In this document: piece by piece, positions 39,150 through 49,365 of the stretch
Layout of the letters: each line of letters starts with the position of its first letter
Numbering within the stretch: the first letter of the stretch is position 1
Assembly (NCBI GenBank): GCA_030428255.1
Contig: JAUIBT010000004.1
Coordinates: forward strand, 66,604-130,603
DNA length: 64,000 nt
DNA from: Alphaproteobacteria bacterium
GTDB lineage: Bacteria; Pseudomonadota; Alphaproteobacteria; UBA7985; JAUIBT01
Direction: 5' to 3'
Notes under the pieces: generated by a model
The model's database searches: none
The model's input: only the letters and a program-made list of their open reading frames with translations
Told to the model about the DNA's origin: nothing
Made by a program: the position numbers and the translations under genes

Positions 39150-41738
39150 TTAGTCCGCGGCCTGCCAGCGCACGGCGGTTTCCTGGTAGCCCACACGCTG
39201 CGCCTCATTGAGCCCCGCAGGCTCGGCGATCTGTGCCTGTACCAGCGCTGCAACCCGCTCAAACAGAGCCTCCAGGCCGTCAAACGGCCGCTGGTCCCGC
39301 CAATCGCCGCCATACAGACGCGCCAAGAACTGGGCGTGCTGAAGGGCCAGCGCGTCGCTGGCCAAGCGAGAGGTTGCGCCCAGCGCGCGATCCAGCGCGG
39401 CGGGCAGGTCGCAGGGGGCCTGATCCAACAGCTCGGGATGGTCAGCGGCCAGGGTCAAAACCTGAACGTTGATCAAGAACTCCAGCTCCATCAGCCCGCC
39501 GGGACGCAGCTTCACTTCGCCAGCCGAGGGCTCGGCCTCATAGCGCGCGCGGCGCAAACGCCCCAGCATCTTCCAAGCATCCTGGTGAAGCTGCAAGCCA
39601 TCGCGCGGCTTGGACAAGATCGCGCGGCGCACGGCGCGAATATCCTGGCTGATGCCAGGATCGTCCAAAACAACCCGGCTGGTGACTAGGGCTAGGTGCT
39701 CCCAGGTGTGGGCCTGCTTGGCCTGATAGGTCTCGAACGACGACAAGCTGACCGTCGGCGGTCCCGAGCGCCCCGAGGGACGCAGGCGCGTATCCGTAGG
39801 GTAGGCGCGGCCCTCCTTCATCGGTGCGTCCAACAAAGCGACAAAGCGGCGAGCGATCTTGTTGGCTTTTTCAAATTCGGTGCCGTTGGGCACGATGAAA
39901 ATCAGATCCAAATCGGACAGCGGCATCATGTTGCGCGTCGCCAGTTTGCCCAGCGCCAACACGCTGAAGGGCAGCGCCTCGAGCCCTTGTTCCTGGCACA
40001 AGATGTCCGAGGCAAGCTGAAGCGTCATGTCCGCCAGATCGGTCAAAAAACCCTGCGCCCACAAAGTATCTTTCTGCTCATCGAACACCGCCAGAAAGGC
40101 CATATAGAGCTGCTCGTTGACGAAGGCCCGCAGCGCGCCCAACTGGCGCTCATAGTTAGGCGCGGCGGTGACCAGCGCTTGGCCGGTCTCCAAATCTGGC
40201 ACCTCCGGCACCCGGCCTCCGTTGGAGATGAGGCCGTCTACCACATAGGGCGATTGGTGCAGCAAGATCGCCATGGCGCCCGAGTGCATCAAAGGGCGGA
40301 TGACGTGGGCGGTCAGGCGCGGCTGTTCGGCGAACAAACGCAGGTAGGAGCCCGCGCTTGGACCTAGACTTTTCAAAAAGGCGTGGGTCGCTTTGGCGGC
40401 CGCGTTGGCATCGGCACTCTCCAGACAAAGACGTGCCATTTCCTGGCCCAACGCCTTGAATTTTGCCTCAGCGTCTTGGGGCAAACCGTAGGCCTGGAAG
40501 CCCGCTTGCCAAATGTTGAGCAGCTCAATGTCGGTCTCAACCGCCGCGCCCAAGCTGTCATCGGTAGCAAAGTAGGCCTGAAACGCGGCCTGGACGCGGG
40601 CACGGATCGCCACCACCTCTTGCTCAAGCGCCGCCCAATCGGGCTGCCCTGAGCGCTGGGCAATCCAGGCTTGCTGATCGGGGGTGTTGGGCAATGCATG
40701 CTCGTGGCCGTCGGCCCAGAGCTGCACTCGATTCTCCAGAGCGCGCAGCCGCTTATAGGCGGGCTCAAGCTCGGGGGCCAACAGGCCTTCGTCCACCAAG
40801 ACCCGCAAGGCGGACAGCGTGTGGGCAGTCTGCAAACGCGGATCGCGACCGCCCCAAACCAACTGATGCGCATTGACCAAGAACTCGATTTCGCGAATGC
40901 CGCCGCGGCCCAGCTTGGTGTGGAAGCCCGCTGCCTGGTCCAGCGGCACCTGCTGGGACCGCTCGCTTTTCAGCTCGGGGTGCTCGGCGTGGATCTTGGT
41001 GTGCAGAGCGTTGATCTCGTCGATTGCGCCCTTGTCCAATGAACGCCGCCAAATGAAGGGGTGCAGCTCGGATAAAAAGCGCCGCCCGGCCTCCAGATCG
41101 CCGGCCACCACCCGCGCCTTCATCATGGCCAAACGCCGCCAGGGCGGTGAGTGGAAAAAGAAATAGTCTAGCCCGGCTGCCACCGACATGGCCAAGTCCG
41201 TAACCGAAGGATCCGGACGCAAGCGCCAGTCAATGCGCCAGGCAAAGGGGCCGGTCTTGGAGCCATCCAGCAGCTTGTTGAGATTGCGCAGCGCGCGCGC
41301 GCAGACATCGGTCTTACCCTCAAAGGCTTTCACCGGCACCAAATCGGGCTCATAGAAGGCCACCAAATCCACGTCGGACGAAAAATTCAGATCCTGACCG
41401 CCCAGCTTGCCCAGCCCCAGAATAAACAGGCCTGGTATGGGGCCTTGGTCGGGAAGCTCGGTGGTGCGGCGCTTCATGTCCGGCTGACGCCAGGCTGCAG
41501 CAAGCCCCTCGTCCAGCATGCGGTCGGCTTGATCGGACCACCAATGGCCCAGGGTCTCAGGGTCTTCACCGGCTGCATCGCGTGCAATATAGTCGCGCTG
41601 GATGCGGCGCTTGTCGGCCAAAAAGCCTGCCCGAACCTCGTCACCGCCGCTCAAGGGTTCGGGGCCATCTAGCCGCTCTTGCAAGGGGAAGACATCCAAG
41701 GGCGAGACAAGTGCGGACATAGCGGCGCTTTCATGCAA
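39150..41738 (-). CDS. glnE: bifunctional glutamine synthetase adenylyltransferase/adenylyl-removing enzyme
   Basis: Two nucleotidyltransferase domains (GLGKLGGQDLNFSSDVDLV and LALGKLATRNMMPLSDLDLIF); 862 aa; real start possibly MSALVSPLD at 41720. Confidence 0.88.
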   Translation of the reverse strand: MHESAAMSALVSPLDVFPLQERLDGPEPLSGGDEVRAGFLADKRRIQRDYIARDAAGEDPETLGHWWSDQADRMLDEGLAAAWRQPDMKRRTTELPDQGPIPGLFILGLGKLGGQDLNFSSDVDLVAFYEPDLVPVKAFEGKTDVCARALRNLNKLLDGSKTGPFAWRIDWRLRPDPSVTDLAMSVAAGLDYFFFHSPPWRRLAMMKARVVAGDLEAGRRFLSELHPFIWRRSLDKGAIDEINALHTKIHAEHPELKSERSQQVPLDQAAGFHTKLGRGGIREIEFLVNAHQLVWGGRDPRLQTAHTLSALRVLVDEGLLAPELEPAYKRLRALENRVQLWADGHEHALPNTPDQQAWIAQRSGQPDWAALEQEVVAIRARVQAAFQAYFATDDSLGAAVETDIELLNIWQAGFQAYGLPQDAEAKFKALGQEMARLCLESADANAAAKATHAFLKSLGPSAGSYLRLFAEQPRLTAHVIRPLMHSGAMAILLHQSPYVVDGLISNGGRVPEVPDLETGQALVTAAPNYERQLGALRAFVNEQLYMAFLAVFDEQKDTLWAQGFLTDLADMTLQLASDILCQEQGLEALPFSVLALGKLATRNMMPLSDLDLIFIVPNGTEFEKANKIARRFVALLDAPMKEGRAYPTDTRLRPSGRSGPPTVSLSSFETYQAKQAHTWEHLALVTSRVVLDDPGISQDIRAVRRAILSKPRDGLQLHQDAWKMLGRLRRARYEAEPSAGEVKLRPGGLMELEFLINVQVLTLAADHPELLDQAPCDLPAALDRALGATSRLASDALALQHAQFLARLYGGDWRDQRPFDGLEALFERVAALVQAQIAEPAGLNEAQRVGYQETAVRWQAAD

Positions 41739-41826
41739 AAGATCGGGGCACCAGCATGGCCCAGCTCGCCTTGGTGCTCAAGTCCTGTCGCCTGCCCTTA
41801 TGGCCGAGCGGCGGCTGTTTCGCCCG

Positions 41827-42589
41827 TCACCAGAGCTGGTTTTGCATCTCAAAACCGACACGAATGCCAAAGGTGTGAGTGCCGCCGCCGTCGGTCAGCT
41901 TAGGATCGTCTAAGATCTGGCTGTGTTCATAGAGCCCGATGATCAGACCGCCCTCGGTCACATAATCAATGCCTATGCCAAAATCATACAGCAGCGCGGT
42001 TTCCTTGTTGCTGTAAGACGTGGCGTTCCAAGTGCCTGAAAAATCATAACTGGCGCGGCCCAGGCCCAGGTGAATATAGGGCTCCAGAACATCGTTCTCC
42101 AGGCGGTAGTGAACCCCCGGCGTGACCGAAAAGCTGGTGTAATCGCCACCGGTGACGGCCCAGGTAGCAGCGTTAGAATCGGTGACTTGATCGAAATTCA
42201 TCGTCACATTCGACACCTTGAGGTTCAGGCCAAAGCCCGAAAACAAGTCCTGCTCAAGCCCCAGCGCGAAGGAGCGCGCATAGCGCGGATCGAAATTCAC
42301 GCTGTAGGTATTGCTGAGCTGATAGCTGCTCTCCCGCACCACGGTCGGGCCGCCTTGCAAGATGACACGCGTATCGTTGTTTGTGATGGGCCAAGCACCC
42401 TGCTGGCTGTCCAAATCGTAGGGGTCATAGGCCGCATTGTCGCTGCCTAAGTCCTCGTAACGATCCCCGCTTTCGTCCGCCCAAGCGCTGTTTGGCCCGC
42501 TCACCGTCAGCGCTAGGGCCAAGACCGTGACTGCATAGGCTAGGCCGAGAGGAACAGAGAGCCACATAGGGCGACGATGGGCGAACATG
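41827..42589 (-). CDS. outer-membrane beta-barrel protein (porin/OmpA-like barrel family), hypothetical
   Basis: Signal peptide MWLSVPLGLAYAVTVLALALTVSGPNSAWA, alternating amphipathic beta-strands, aromatic C-terminus ...GFEMQNQLW. Confidence 0.55.
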
Positions 42590-43251
42590 CAAGCATTCCT
42601 TTGAAGGCCAGTCGGACACAAACAACAAAGCCAAATTCGGTGGCTTGCGGGCCAAACTGCCCGCAGACTGGAGAGGCTAGCATGCCCAAGCTCGCACCAA
42701 GCCTTGGTGAGCAAGTCATGCACGGCTTTTTGCATGCGACCCCAGATTGGTCCCCACATGGACCACCTACCGGGCCTAGGCCAGCAGGCAAGTGTCCGCC
42801 CTAGGGTAGGCCTTGGGCTGGAGTCTCTCCACGCTAGCGCGCAGCGTGAAGCCAGGTCCGGAACCTGGCGCTGGAGAAGACCCGGGGCAGGCTAGGATTT
42901 GCTCATCTTGGCTGCATCCTTGCCAAACACCGCAACAGCAAACACTATTTTGTGATGCCATGCCCAGCTAAGTCGCCCGCTTTTTGATCTACATCAACTT
43001 CGCGAGCCAAAGGCTGGGCTAGAGCCTGTTAGCGTGCCATTTTGCCCATTTGCAAAACCAAGATATTCTACAATTATCCCATTTTGCGCCGCAGCTTATG
43101 TCACACCTCGTACAATGGGGATCCGGGGTTGGATCGGGTCCGCACCGCGATCATGTGGACCGGCGCCGCGCACCTCGGTCGGGCAGCGGTGTTTTGCTGG
43201 TTCAGACAGCCCCCAGCCGTGACGTAACTGTAGCCGATTCAGGAGGCGCCC

Positions 43252-44136
43252 ATGTCCTATGGCCTCACCCAGAAATGGCGACACATCGCCGATGTGATTC
43301 GCTCAGAAATCGACCGGCAGCTCTATCGCCCGGGCGACCAATTGCCGACCGTCGTAATTTTGGCTGAACGCTTCGGGGTCAACCGCCACACGGTGCGGCG
43401 TGCGCTGGACTCTTTGCAGCAATCAGGTCTGGTCTCGATGGAGCAAGGGCGCGGTACTTTTGTTGCAGATACCCGCGTGTCCCACCGCCCGCCTCAGCGC
43501 TTGGCGCTCAGTCTGTCGGCGCAACCGCTTGATGCGCTGGCGGGTCTGGGACTCAAACAAGACAATACTGGATTTGGAGCCAGCCAACCTCGTCTGTCTC
43601 ATCAGCGTTTGATGTTGGAAAAGATCCAACCCAACCCCGAGCTGTGCGCGCTTTTCCAAGCCTCAGAGACCGAGGCCTTGTGGCACCTGCGCATTCTGAC
43701 CCACCTGGGCCATGACCCCTTGTGTATGTCCAACCACTACCTTCGGGTCCGCCGCTTTGCCGACCTAGACGCCAGTTTGCTGCGCGAAGGCCACGATGTG
43801 GCAGCCAGCCTGGCCGCGCACGGATATCGCCAGATCGAGCGGCAGGAGACCAGCCTGCAAGCCACCATGGCGACGCCGGATCAAAAGCACCGCCTGGAGC
43901 TGTCAGATAATCACCCCGTACTGATCACCTCTGGCTTGGATCGCGATGGCCAAACCCAAGAGCTGTTGCAATACGTCATCACCGCCTGGCCAGCCCAGCG
44001 GGTCTATTTTCTGCACGACCAAGGCGACCAGCCCAACGACGGCTTGCTGAAATCCCAGGAGCCCGCACGGGGTAAAGGGGGCGATTACCTGTCAGAGAAT
44101 CAGGCGCCAGATTTACAGGCGGCGGCTGTCGCCTAG
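43252..44136 (+). CDS. GntR-family transcriptional regulator, HutC/UTRA subfamily
   Basis: wHTH LPTVVILAERFGVNRHTVRRALDSLQQSGLVSMEQGRGTFV followed by UTRA-like effector domain. Confidence 0.8.
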   Translation: MSYGLTQKWRHIADVIRSEIDRQLYRPGDQLPTVVILAERFGVNRHTVRRALDSLQQSGLVSMEQGRGTFVADTRVSHRPPQRLALSLSAQPLDALAGLGLKQDNTGFGASQPRLSHQRLMLEKIQPNPELCALFQASETEALWHLRILTHLGHDPLCMSNHYLRVRRFADLDASLLREGHDVAASLAAHGYRQIERQETSLQATMATPDQKHRLELSDNHPVLITSGLDRDGQTQELLQYVITAWPAQRVYFLHDQGDQPNDGLLKSQEPARGKGGDYLSENQAPDLQAAAVA

Positions 44137-44140
44137 GCTA

Positions 44141-44192
44141 CAGCGTACCACGCTGGTCGCACACGACAGCGTACCACGCTGGTCGCGCACGC
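44141..44192. promoter_or_regulatory. two tandem 26-bp direct repeats, each containing the dyad CAGCGT-ACC-ACGCTG; candidate operator between GntR gene and gyrA
   Basis: CAGCGTACCACGCTGGTCGC[A/G]CACG x2 beginning 5 bp after the GntR stop, about 150 bp upstream of gyrA start. Confidence 0.35.
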
Positions 44193-44344
44193 TCGCCAAT
44201 CGCCGTTTTTTCAGCTTTCAGGGCGCATTTTGCCTCAGAAAACGCATTCGGCTGTGGGCCTTAAACCTGAGGTATTTGAGACCCGCGCAGAGAGCTGCTA
44301 AACACGCTGCAAGTATAAAGACTCTTGCTGTGTAGGACTGCCCC

Positions 44345-47125
44345 TTGGTCGACGAAACCACCCTGGATCCCGCTGCTTCCGATCCTTCGGATATTGCCCG
44401 CATTACCATCGAAGAGGAGATGCAACGCTCCTACCTCGATTATGCCATGTCGGTCATCGTGGCCCGGGCCCTGCCCGACGTGCGCGATGGCCTGAAGCCG
44501 GTGCACCGCCGCATCCTCTATGCGATGAAAGAGGGCGGCTTTGACTGGAACCGCGCGCACCGCAAGTCGGCCAAGGCCGTCGGTGAGGTCATGGGTAACT
44601 ATCACCCCCACGGTGACACCGCCATCTATGACACCATGGTGCGCTTGGCGCAGCCCTGGTCGATGCGGCTCAAGCTGGTCGATGGACAGGGCAACTTTGG
44701 CTCGGTCGATGGCGATCCTCCGGCGGCCCAGCGTTACACCGAAAGCCGCCTGACCCGTGCCGCCAGCCAGATGCTGGACGACATCGACAAGGACACGGTG
44801 GATTTTCAGCCCAACTACGACGAAAGCACCACCGAGCCCGTGGTGCTGCCTACACCCTTCCCCAACCTGCTGGTCAACGGCGGCGGCGGTATCGCGGTGG
44901 GCATGGCCACCAACATCCCGACCCATAACCTGGGCGAGGTGATCGAGGCGGCCAAAATGCTGCTGGAGAACCCCGGCGCCACCATCGACGAGCTGATGAC
45001 CGTCCTGCCCGGCCCGGATTTCCCCACCGGCGCGCTGATCTTGGGCCGCTCGGGCATTCGTTCGGCCTACCACACCGGTCGCGGCTCAGTGATGATGCGC
45101 GCCGCAACGCGGATCGAGACCTTTGGCAAGAACGACCGCGAAGCCATCGTCATCGACTCGCTGCCCTACCAGGTCAACAAGGCCAAACTGGTCGAAAAGA
45201 TCTCTGAACTGGCCAAGGAAAAGATCGTCGAAGGCATCTCAGAATGCCGCGATGAGTCCGACCGCGAAGGCATGCGCGTAGTGATCGAGCTGAAGCGCGA
45301 CGCCCAAGCCGACGTGGTGCTGGCGCAGTTGTTCCGCTATACCCAAATGCAGACCTCATTCGGCGTCAACATGCTGGCGATCGACCAGGGTCGGCCCAAG
45401 CTGTTGAACTTGAAAGAGGTGCTGGCCGCCTTCATCGACTTCCGCTTTGAAGTGGTGACACGCCGCACGGCTTACTTGCTGAACCAAGCCCGCGACCGCG
45501 CCCACATCTTGGTCGGCTTGGCCGTGGCCGTGGCCAATATCGACGAGATCATCGCGCTGATCCGCTCTGCCCCAGACCCGGTCGCAGCGCGCGAGCAGCT
45601 CATGGCCCGCCATTGGCCCGCCGCAGACATCGCGCCCATGATCGCCCTGTTGGACGATCCGCAGTACCGCGTCGCCGACGACGGCACCTACCAACTGTCT
45701 GAAGCCCAGGCGCGCGGCATCTTGGATCTGCGTTTGCAGCGCCTGACCGGCCTGGAGCGCGAGAAGATCAGCGACGAGCTGGAAGAGCTGGCCGCCAAGA
45801 TCAAAGACTATCTGGACATCCTAAGCTCGCGTGACCGCGTTGTGACCATCATCCGTGACGAGATGGATGCCTATGCCGCCATGCACGGCGATGGCCGCCG
45901 CACCGTGATCGAGGACATCGAGTTCGACCAGGACATCGAAGAACTGATCCCGCGCGAGGATATGGTCGTCACGGTCAGCCACGCGGGCTATGTCAAACGC
46001 GTGCCGCTGGACACCTACCGCGCCCAACGCAGAGGCGGCAAGGGCCGTGCCTCCATGACCACCAAAGACGAGGATTTCGTCACCCGCGTGCTGGTCTGCA
46101 ATACCCACACACCGGTGCTGTTCTTCTCCTCTGTGGGCAAGGTCTATAAGACCAAGGTCTATAAGCTGCCAGCGGGTGCTCCCCAGGCGCGCGGCAAGCC
46201 CTTTGTCAATATTCTGCCGCTGGAGACCGGGGAGACCATCACCACCTTCCTGCCCATCCCCGAGGATGCCAAGGAGGCCGACGGCCTCTACCTCATGTTT
46301 GCCACCTCGACCGGCATGGTGCGCCGCAACGCCCTGTCCGATTTCGAGCGCGTGCAGTCGAACGGCAAAATCGCCATGAAGCTGGATGACGGCGAGCAAT
46401 TGATCGGCGTGCAAATCGCGCGCGAGGATCAAGACATGCTGCTGGGCTCTGCCTTCGGCAAGGCCATGCGCTTTGCGGTCAGCGATGTGCGGGTCTTCCA
46501 AGGCCGCGATTCGCGCGGTGTGCGCGGCATCAAGCTGGCAGCGGGCGACCATCTGATCTCGACAGCGGTGATAGATCACGTTGATCTGGACATTGAGGAA
46601 CGCGACGCCTACCTGCGCCGTGCCAACGCCATCCGCCGTGCGTCTGAGGGCGACGAACCCGACCTGCAAACCGGCGGTGTTGAGCTGAGCATGGAGCGGT
46701 TCGCTGAGCTGTCAGCGCACGAGCAGCGCTTACTGGCGGTGGCCAACGACGGCTTTGGCAAGCAGACCTCGGCCTTCGAATACCGGGTGACCGGTCGTGG
46801 CGGCCAGGGCGTTGAAGCCATCGACCTGTCACGCAGCAAGGCCTCTGGACGCGCCGAGACCATCGCGCTGATCCCCGTGACACCGAACGACCAGCTCATG
46901 CTGGTGACCGACGGTGGTAAGCTGATCCGCATGGGCGTGGACGAAATCCGCGTCGCAGGCCGCAGCACCCGAGGCGTGACCCTGTTCCGCATCGCCGAGG
47001 ACGAGCGCATTGTCTCGGTGGCGCGCCTGGAAGACGCGGGCAACGAGGAGCCGGACGATGGCGAGGTAGGCGTGGCAGGCGATGCTGACCCAGCCGCACC
47101 CGAGGGCGACGACAGCGCGGCCTAA
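44345..47125 (+). CDS. gyrA: DNA gyrase subunit A
   Basis: [40 protein letters not shown]...[20 protein letters not shown] (active-site Tyr region) and C-terminal beta-pinwheel repeats; track start is a TTG at 44345. Confidence 0.95.
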   Translation: MVDETTLDPAASDPSDIARITIEEEMQRSYLDYAMSVIVARALPDVRDGLKPVHRRILYAMKEGGFDWNRAHRKSAKAVGEVMGNYHPHGDTAIYDTMVRLAQPWSMRLKLVDGQGNFGSVDGDPPAAQRYTESRLTRAASQMLDDIDKDTVDFQPNYDESTTEPVVLPTPFPNLLVNGGGGIAVGMATNIPTHNLGEVIEAAKMLLENPGATIDELMTVLPGPDFPTGALILGRSGIRSAYHTGRGSVMMRAATRIETFGKNDREAIVIDSLPYQVNKAKLVEKISELAKEKIVEGISECRDESDREGMRVVIELKRDAQADVVLAQLFRYTQMQTSFGVNMLAIDQGRPKLLNLKEVLAAFIDFRFEVVTRRTAYLLNQARDRAHILVGLAVAVANIDEIIALIRSAPDPVAAREQLMARHWPAADIAPMIALLDDPQYRVADDGTYQLSEAQARGILDLRLQRLTGLEREKISDELEELAAKIKDYLDILSSRDRVVTIIRDEMDAYAAMHGDGRRTVIEDIEFDQDIEELIPREDMVVTVSHAGYVKRVPLDTYRAQRRGGKGRASMTTKDEDFVTRVLVCNTHTPVLFFSSVGKVYKTKVYKLPAGAPQARGKPFVNILPLETGETITTFLPIPEDAKEADGLYLMFATSTGMVRRNALSDFERVQSNGKIAMKLDDGEQLIGVQIAREDQDMLLGSAFGKAMRFAVSDVRVFQGRDSRGVRGIKLAAGDHLISTAVIDHVDLDIEERDAYLRRANAIRRASEGDEPDLQTGGVELSMERFAELSAHEQRLLAVANDGFGKQTSAFEYRVTGRGGQGVEAIDLSRSKASGRAETIALIPVTPNDQLMLVTDGGKLIRMGVDEIRVAGRSTRGVTLFRIAEDERIVSVARLEDAGNEEPDDGEVGVAGDADPAAPEGDDSAA

Positions 47126-47267
47126 CCGCTGAATTCGCAGGCAACTGCGAGACTGAAACGCTGGCCCGGCCGGTTGCACTTCAGCGCCCTGCCGGGTCTT
47201 CGCATTTTGCCCCGAGCCTTGCGGGGCTCCTTGTCCCATCCTAGGGTTTTTACTCGCGGAGCAGGAT

Positions 47268-47483
47268 ATGGGGGCGGTCGCAATGCAGGGCGAGCACAGC
47301 AAGCTTGAAGACTTCCTTCGGCGCTACTTCGCGCGCATCGTTGCGGCGATCCTCTTCGGCTTTGTTGCCACTTGGCTGGTGACCGAGATCTTTTTCGATA
47401 CAGTGGTGACCCTTGGTACGCGCGCATTCATAAGGTCGTTGGCGATGGCGACGCCGCATCGACGAGAGGGACAAGCCCATTGA
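47268..47483 (+). CDS. short ORF with one TM helix; possibly the N-terminal fragment of a frameshifted pentapeptide-repeat gene
   Basis: IVAAILFGFVATWLVTEIFF hydrophobic helix; stops 1-2 nt away from where the downstream pentapeptide frame opens. Confidence 0.3.
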   Translation: MGAVAMQGEHSKLEDFLRRYFARIVAAILFGFVATWLVTEIFFDTVVTLGTRAFIRSLAMATPHRREGQAH

Positions 47484-47484
47484 C

Positions 47485-47922
47485 CTCAAAGGGGTCTTTG
47501 CCCTGGGCTTTTCAGTTCCAGATGACGCGCTGAACTTCAGTGATTGTGACTTGAGCGCTGCGGTGTTGGCGGGCGCAAAGCTGAACGGCTACCATTTCAA
47601 GTCTTCAATCCTTCGAGGCGCCAACCTGAGCGGTGCCATCCTGCGAAGTGCTGAACTTAGCGGGTCCAACCTGAGCGAGGCCGACCTGGGTGGTGCCGAG
47701 CTAGTCGAGGCCGACCTGAGCGAGGCCGACCTCGGCGGGACCAACCTGTATCGTGCCGACCTGAGCGGGGCCGCGCTGCGCGGGAACACTCTATGCTACG
47801 CAAACAATTTGACCCAGGACCAAATCGACCTGGCCGATGGAGACGAAAGCACCGTTCTGCCGGATGGCCAAGAGCCACCAGCGCATTGGTCAAAGCACGA
47901 AGATTCGCAAGACAAGGACTAG
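47485..47922 (+). CDS. pentapeptide-repeat protein (open frame begins 47485 after TGA; no ATG before the TTG at 47551)
   Basis: ...FSDCDLSAAVLAGAKLNGYHFKSSILRGANLSGAILRSAELSGSNLSEADLGGAELVEADLSEADLGGTNLYRADLSGAALRGN; tail PPAHWSKHEDSQDKD resembles tail of the 13841-15232 paralog. Confidence 0.55.
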   Translation, partial: LKGVFALGFSVPDDALNFSDCDLSAAVLAGAKLNGYHFKSSILRGANLSGAILRSAELSGSNLSEADLGGAELVEADLSEADLGGTNLYRADLSGAALRGNTLCYANNLTQDQIDLADGDESTVLPDGQEPPAHWSKHEDSQDKD

Positions 47923-47958
47923 CGATCCGCCAAGCAGTGGCGTTCGCCAGCTTTGGCC

Positions 47959-48105
47959 AGCGCAAATCCACTTTCAGCCCTTGGGGCCTCGGGGTTTGCT
48001 GGTTGTTCCGCGCAAATCCACCTAAGGGGTTTGCTGGTTGTTCCGCGCAAATCCACCTAAGGGGTTTGCTGGTTGTTCCGCGCAAATCCACCTAAGGGGT
48101 TTGCG
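47959..48105. repeat. ~3.7 tandem copies of a 35-bp unit (CGCGCAAATCCACCTAAGGGGTTTGCTGGTTGTTC) in the convergent intergenic region, abutting the stop of the MFS gene
   Basis: Direct head-to-tail repeats at 48009, 48044, 48079 plus a degenerate copy at about 47959. Confidence 0.85.
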
Positions 48106-49356
48106 CTAGCCACGCGGGTGGCTCTCCTTCAGCGCGAGCAGCAGCCAAAGTCCCGAGGCCAGCATGGCCGTACCCGTGACCCAAAACGCGGGCTCCAGCA
48201 GGCCCCAGGCGTCGGCCACCAGCCCCATGGCCAGCGCGCCAAAGGCGTAGCCCAGATCGCGCCAAAAGCGGTAGACCCCCAGCGCCGAGCTGCGCCAGGC
48301 CGGATGCGCCAGATCGCCCATAGCCGCAATCAAAGTCGGGTAGAGCAGCGCCATACCAACACCGATCACCGCCGCGGCCAAGCTCCAAGCCAACAGCCCC
48401 GCCAGCGCCGGAAAGACCAGCACGCCCAGCGCACAGAGCCCAAAGCCCGTCACCGTTGGCCCTTTGCGACCAAAGCGATCAGACAACGGTCCGGTCCACA
48501 GCTGGCTGGCACCCCAAACAAAGCCATAGACGCCTGTCACCCAACCGACCTCGATCAGGCTCGCGCCGCGCGCCAACAGATAGACCGGCATCAGCCCCCA
48601 CATGAGCGCATCAACGAATTTCTCGATACAGCCCGCTTGGGATAGGGCCAGAAAATTGCGGTCGCGCCAGCTCACCAGCGCAAAGACCTGACCGGTGCTC
48701 AGCGCCTCGGATTTCGCGTCTGGCCCGGCTGCCTGAGCGCGCCGGGTGGTCTCGGCCTGGGCAAAGGGCAGGGTCTCGGTAAAGGCCACCAGCGCCCCCG
48801 CCAGCGCCACCAACGCCACGGTCAGGCCAAAGACAAACAGGCTCCAGCGCGGATCAAAGCTGCTGGCCAGATAGCCGGTCGCCAAGCCCGCCAGCGCCAC
48901 CCCGCCGTAGCCCGCGAACTCGTTGAGGCCGGTCGCCAAGCCGCGCTCGCCCGCTTTGACGATATCCATTTTGGCGCTGACCGTCATCGACCAAGCGAAA
49001 CCCTGATTGACGCCCAGCAAGACGTTGGCCACCACCAACCAGCCCCACGAGGGCGCCCACAGGATCATAAAAGGAATCGGCAGGGCTGCAATCCAACCCC
49101 AGATCAGCACCCGGCGACGACCCAGGCGCTCGGACAGGCGGCCCGAGACGAAGTTCATCGCGCCCTTGACTAAGCCAAAGGAGATGATCAGCGCGAATAT
49201 GGCGGTCATGGAGCCGCGTGCCAAGCCAAAGTCGCTCTCGGCCAGCGCGGGCAGTACCGTGCGCTGGGCACCAATGGTCAGGCCGACAAACAGAACCTGC
49301 AGCAGTTGTTCAAGAAACGCCCGGCGATTGACGGCAATGCCCAGGTGATAGCTCAT
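48106..49356 (-). CDS. MFS transporter (416 aa)
   Basis: 12 predicted TM segments; MFS signature GRLSERLGRRRVLIWG. Confidence 0.85.
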   Translation of the reverse strand: MSYHLGIAVNRRAFLEQLLQVLFVGLTIGAQRTVLPALAESDFGLARGSMTAIFALIISFGLVKGAMNFVSGRLSERLGRRRVLIWGWIAALPIPFMILWAPSWGWLVVANVLLGVNQGFAWSMTVSAKMDIVKAGERGLATGLNEFAGYGGVALAGLATGYLASSFDPRWSLFVFGLTVALVALAGALVAFTETLPFAQAETTRRAQAAGPDAKSEALSTGQVFALVSWRDRNFLALSQAGCIEKFVDALMWGLMPVYLLARGASLIEVGWVTGVYGFVWGASQLWTGPLSDRFGRKGPTVTGFGLCALGVLVFPALAGLLAWSLAAAVIGVGMALLYPTLIAAMGDLAHPAWRSSALGVYRFWRDLGYAFGALAMGLVADAWGLLEPAFWVTGTAMLASGLWLLLALKESHPRG

Positions 49357-49365
49357 GCGGGCGGC

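Noticed and set aside
44261-46883. Minus-strand ORFs overlapping gyrA (44261-45073, 45821-46669, 46530-46883)
   Set aside because: Shadow ORFs opposite a full-length, unmistakable gyrA.
47959-48105. Possible CRISPR array (35-bp repeats)
   Set aside because: Units are directly adjacent with no spacers. This is a minisatellite-type tandem repeat, not a repeat-spacer array.
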